Shown here: piece by piece, positions 62,468 to 64,000 of the stretch | Position numbering within the stretch: the first letter of the stretch is position 1 | How the letters are laid out: each line of letters opens with the position of its first letter | Source of the DNA: Octopus sinensis | Lineage: Eukaryota | DNA: 64,000 nt | Direction: 5' to 3' | Assembly: GCF_006345805.1 (NCBI RefSeq) | Contig: NC_043003.1 | Coordinates: 30,008,001-30,072,000 of the forward strand | Translations under genes and position numbers: made by a program | The notes under the pieces: generated by a model | Database searches by the model: none | What the model was told of the DNA's origin: nothing | Seen by the model: only the letters and a program-made list of their open reading frames with translations

Positions 62468-63580
62468 ATGGAAGAGAAACTGTGTAGGAGTGAAGTTCAT
62501 GGTGAAATACACTCTGATAATCTTTGTGTATCTAATCAAACAATGTACATTGAAAAGAAATCAAATCTCAGTGGTAACAATGGTAAAATATTTGCACAAA
62601 GAACTAACACCTCAAAACATAAGATACTCAACACAAGCCCACTCCGTTACCAATGTGAAATTTGTGGTAAATGATTCCTAATAAAAAACTTTTTGTCTTT
62701 ACATAAATGTATTCACACTTCAGATAAACTATATCACTGTGACACCTGTGATAAAACATTCTCTGAGAGAAGTCAGTTAATTTGTCATATATGTTTCCAC
62801 ACTGGTGATGGATTATACAACTGTAATATTTGTGGTAAAACATTCTGTGCGAGAGGCAAATTAAATCGTCACAAACGGATTCACACAGGTGAGAAACCAT
62901 ATTACTGTGATATCTGTGGCAAAACATTCTGTGGGAATAGTAATTTGACTAGTCATAAATGTGTTCATACAGGGAAGAAAGCATACCACTGTGATATTTG
63001 TGGTAAATCATTTTCTCACAATAGTGCTTTGACTTGTCATAAACGTATTCACACAGGAGAGAAACCATATCACTGTGATATCTGTGGTAAAACATTCTCG
63101 CATACTAGTGGTGTAACATGTCATAAACGTATTCACACTGGTGAAAGACCATACCACTGTGATATTTGTAATAAAACATTCTCCCACAACAGTGGCTTAA
63201 CGTGTCACAAACGTATACACTCAGGTGAGAAACCATACCATTGTGATATCTGTGGGAAAAATTTCTTTCAAAGTGGTAAATTAACAATCCATAAACGTCT
63301 TCACACAGGTGAGAAACCCTATCACTGTGAAACCTGTGGTAAAACATTCTCACGACATGATAGCTTAAACATTCATCAACGTTTCCATACAGGTGAGAAA
63401 CCATATCACTGTGATATCTGTGGGAAAACATTCTCTCAGAATACTCATTTGACTAGTCACAAACGTATTCATACTGGTGAAAAGCCATACTGCTGTGATA
63501 TTTGTGGCAAAACATTCTCTCATAGTGGAATTTTATCAAATCATAAACACATTCACACTAGACATAAAGCATGGCACTAA
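62468..63580 (+). pseudogene. C2H2 zinc-finger gene D (MEEKLC leader plus 11 fingers) with one in-frame TGA at 62672-62674; the downstream 10-finger ORF is open
   Basis: QCEICGK*FLIKNFLSLHKCIH, with both ORF pieces in the same frame. Acceptor tatttcAG at 62196. Confidence 0.85.
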
Positions 63581-64000
63581 AATATATCCTATGGTAAACA
63601 TTGTCTCAGAATGGTAATTTAGCAAAGACCTGAACAGAAGATGAATCATAAAAGTTTGAACCAAAGAGAGAGCCTCTATGCAACAAAATTTCTTTTAAAT
63701 CATACACTATTGTCTTTAAAAAAGATATATTGAATGCTGTAATCTGAAATGAACTTTGTCTATAAGCAATAAACTTGTTTCACTTATTCAAACAATGTAC
63801 TTAAATATTATTATTTTTGTCAGGTTGATCATGATAATTAGGTAGAAGTGAGTGGTAAAGGTAAGAGGCTGTGTTCTACAACATGAATTACCCATCAATT
63901 AATGTTTTGCATTTCATATATTTATTAATCAATCAATTATATTTACATATATACAATGTATAAATTGTAATAAAAGTATGTTTTGTGATATTTAAAGTTT

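Noticed and set aside
62672-62674. TGA as selenocysteine in ZNF D
   Set aside because: The position is Ser/Thr in paralogous fingers (TCA to TGA is a single change), not a Cys, and I recognise no SECIS.

Overview
Eukaryotic, AT-rich, repeat-dense DNA with no prokaryotic signature. It is most likely from an octopus (inference from the [18 protein letters not shown]2H2 arrays and octopus-type tRNA-derived SINEs). There are two compartments. (1) 1-19.6 kb is a nearly continuous nest of coding transposon fragments: CsRn1-like Gypsy, Chapaev-like, mariner, CR1, Tigger, three Tx1/L1 pieces, an ORF1-only Tx1 derivative and two Merlins, plus a decayed ZNF paralog and a 363-bp inverted LTR duplication. 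About 11 of 13 oriented TE fragments are on the + strand, and I found no recognisable SINE there. (2) 20-64 kb is a tandem cluster of four C2H2 zinc-finger genes (+ 31.2 kb, - 39-40 kb, - 53-54.7 kb, + 62.5-63.6 kb) among SINEs, RTE tails, Penelope-like, R4-like, MITE and Helentron remnants. The ZNF genes share a promoter/first-exon cassette: a CTTTCGTAAAA motif about 150-165 bp upstream of a splice donor. A fifth, orphan copy of that cassette at 20.4-20.6 kb points leftwards into the TE nest, antisense to most of it, which resembles a uni-strand piRNA cluster (hypothesis only). All alignments were done by eye and no searches were run.
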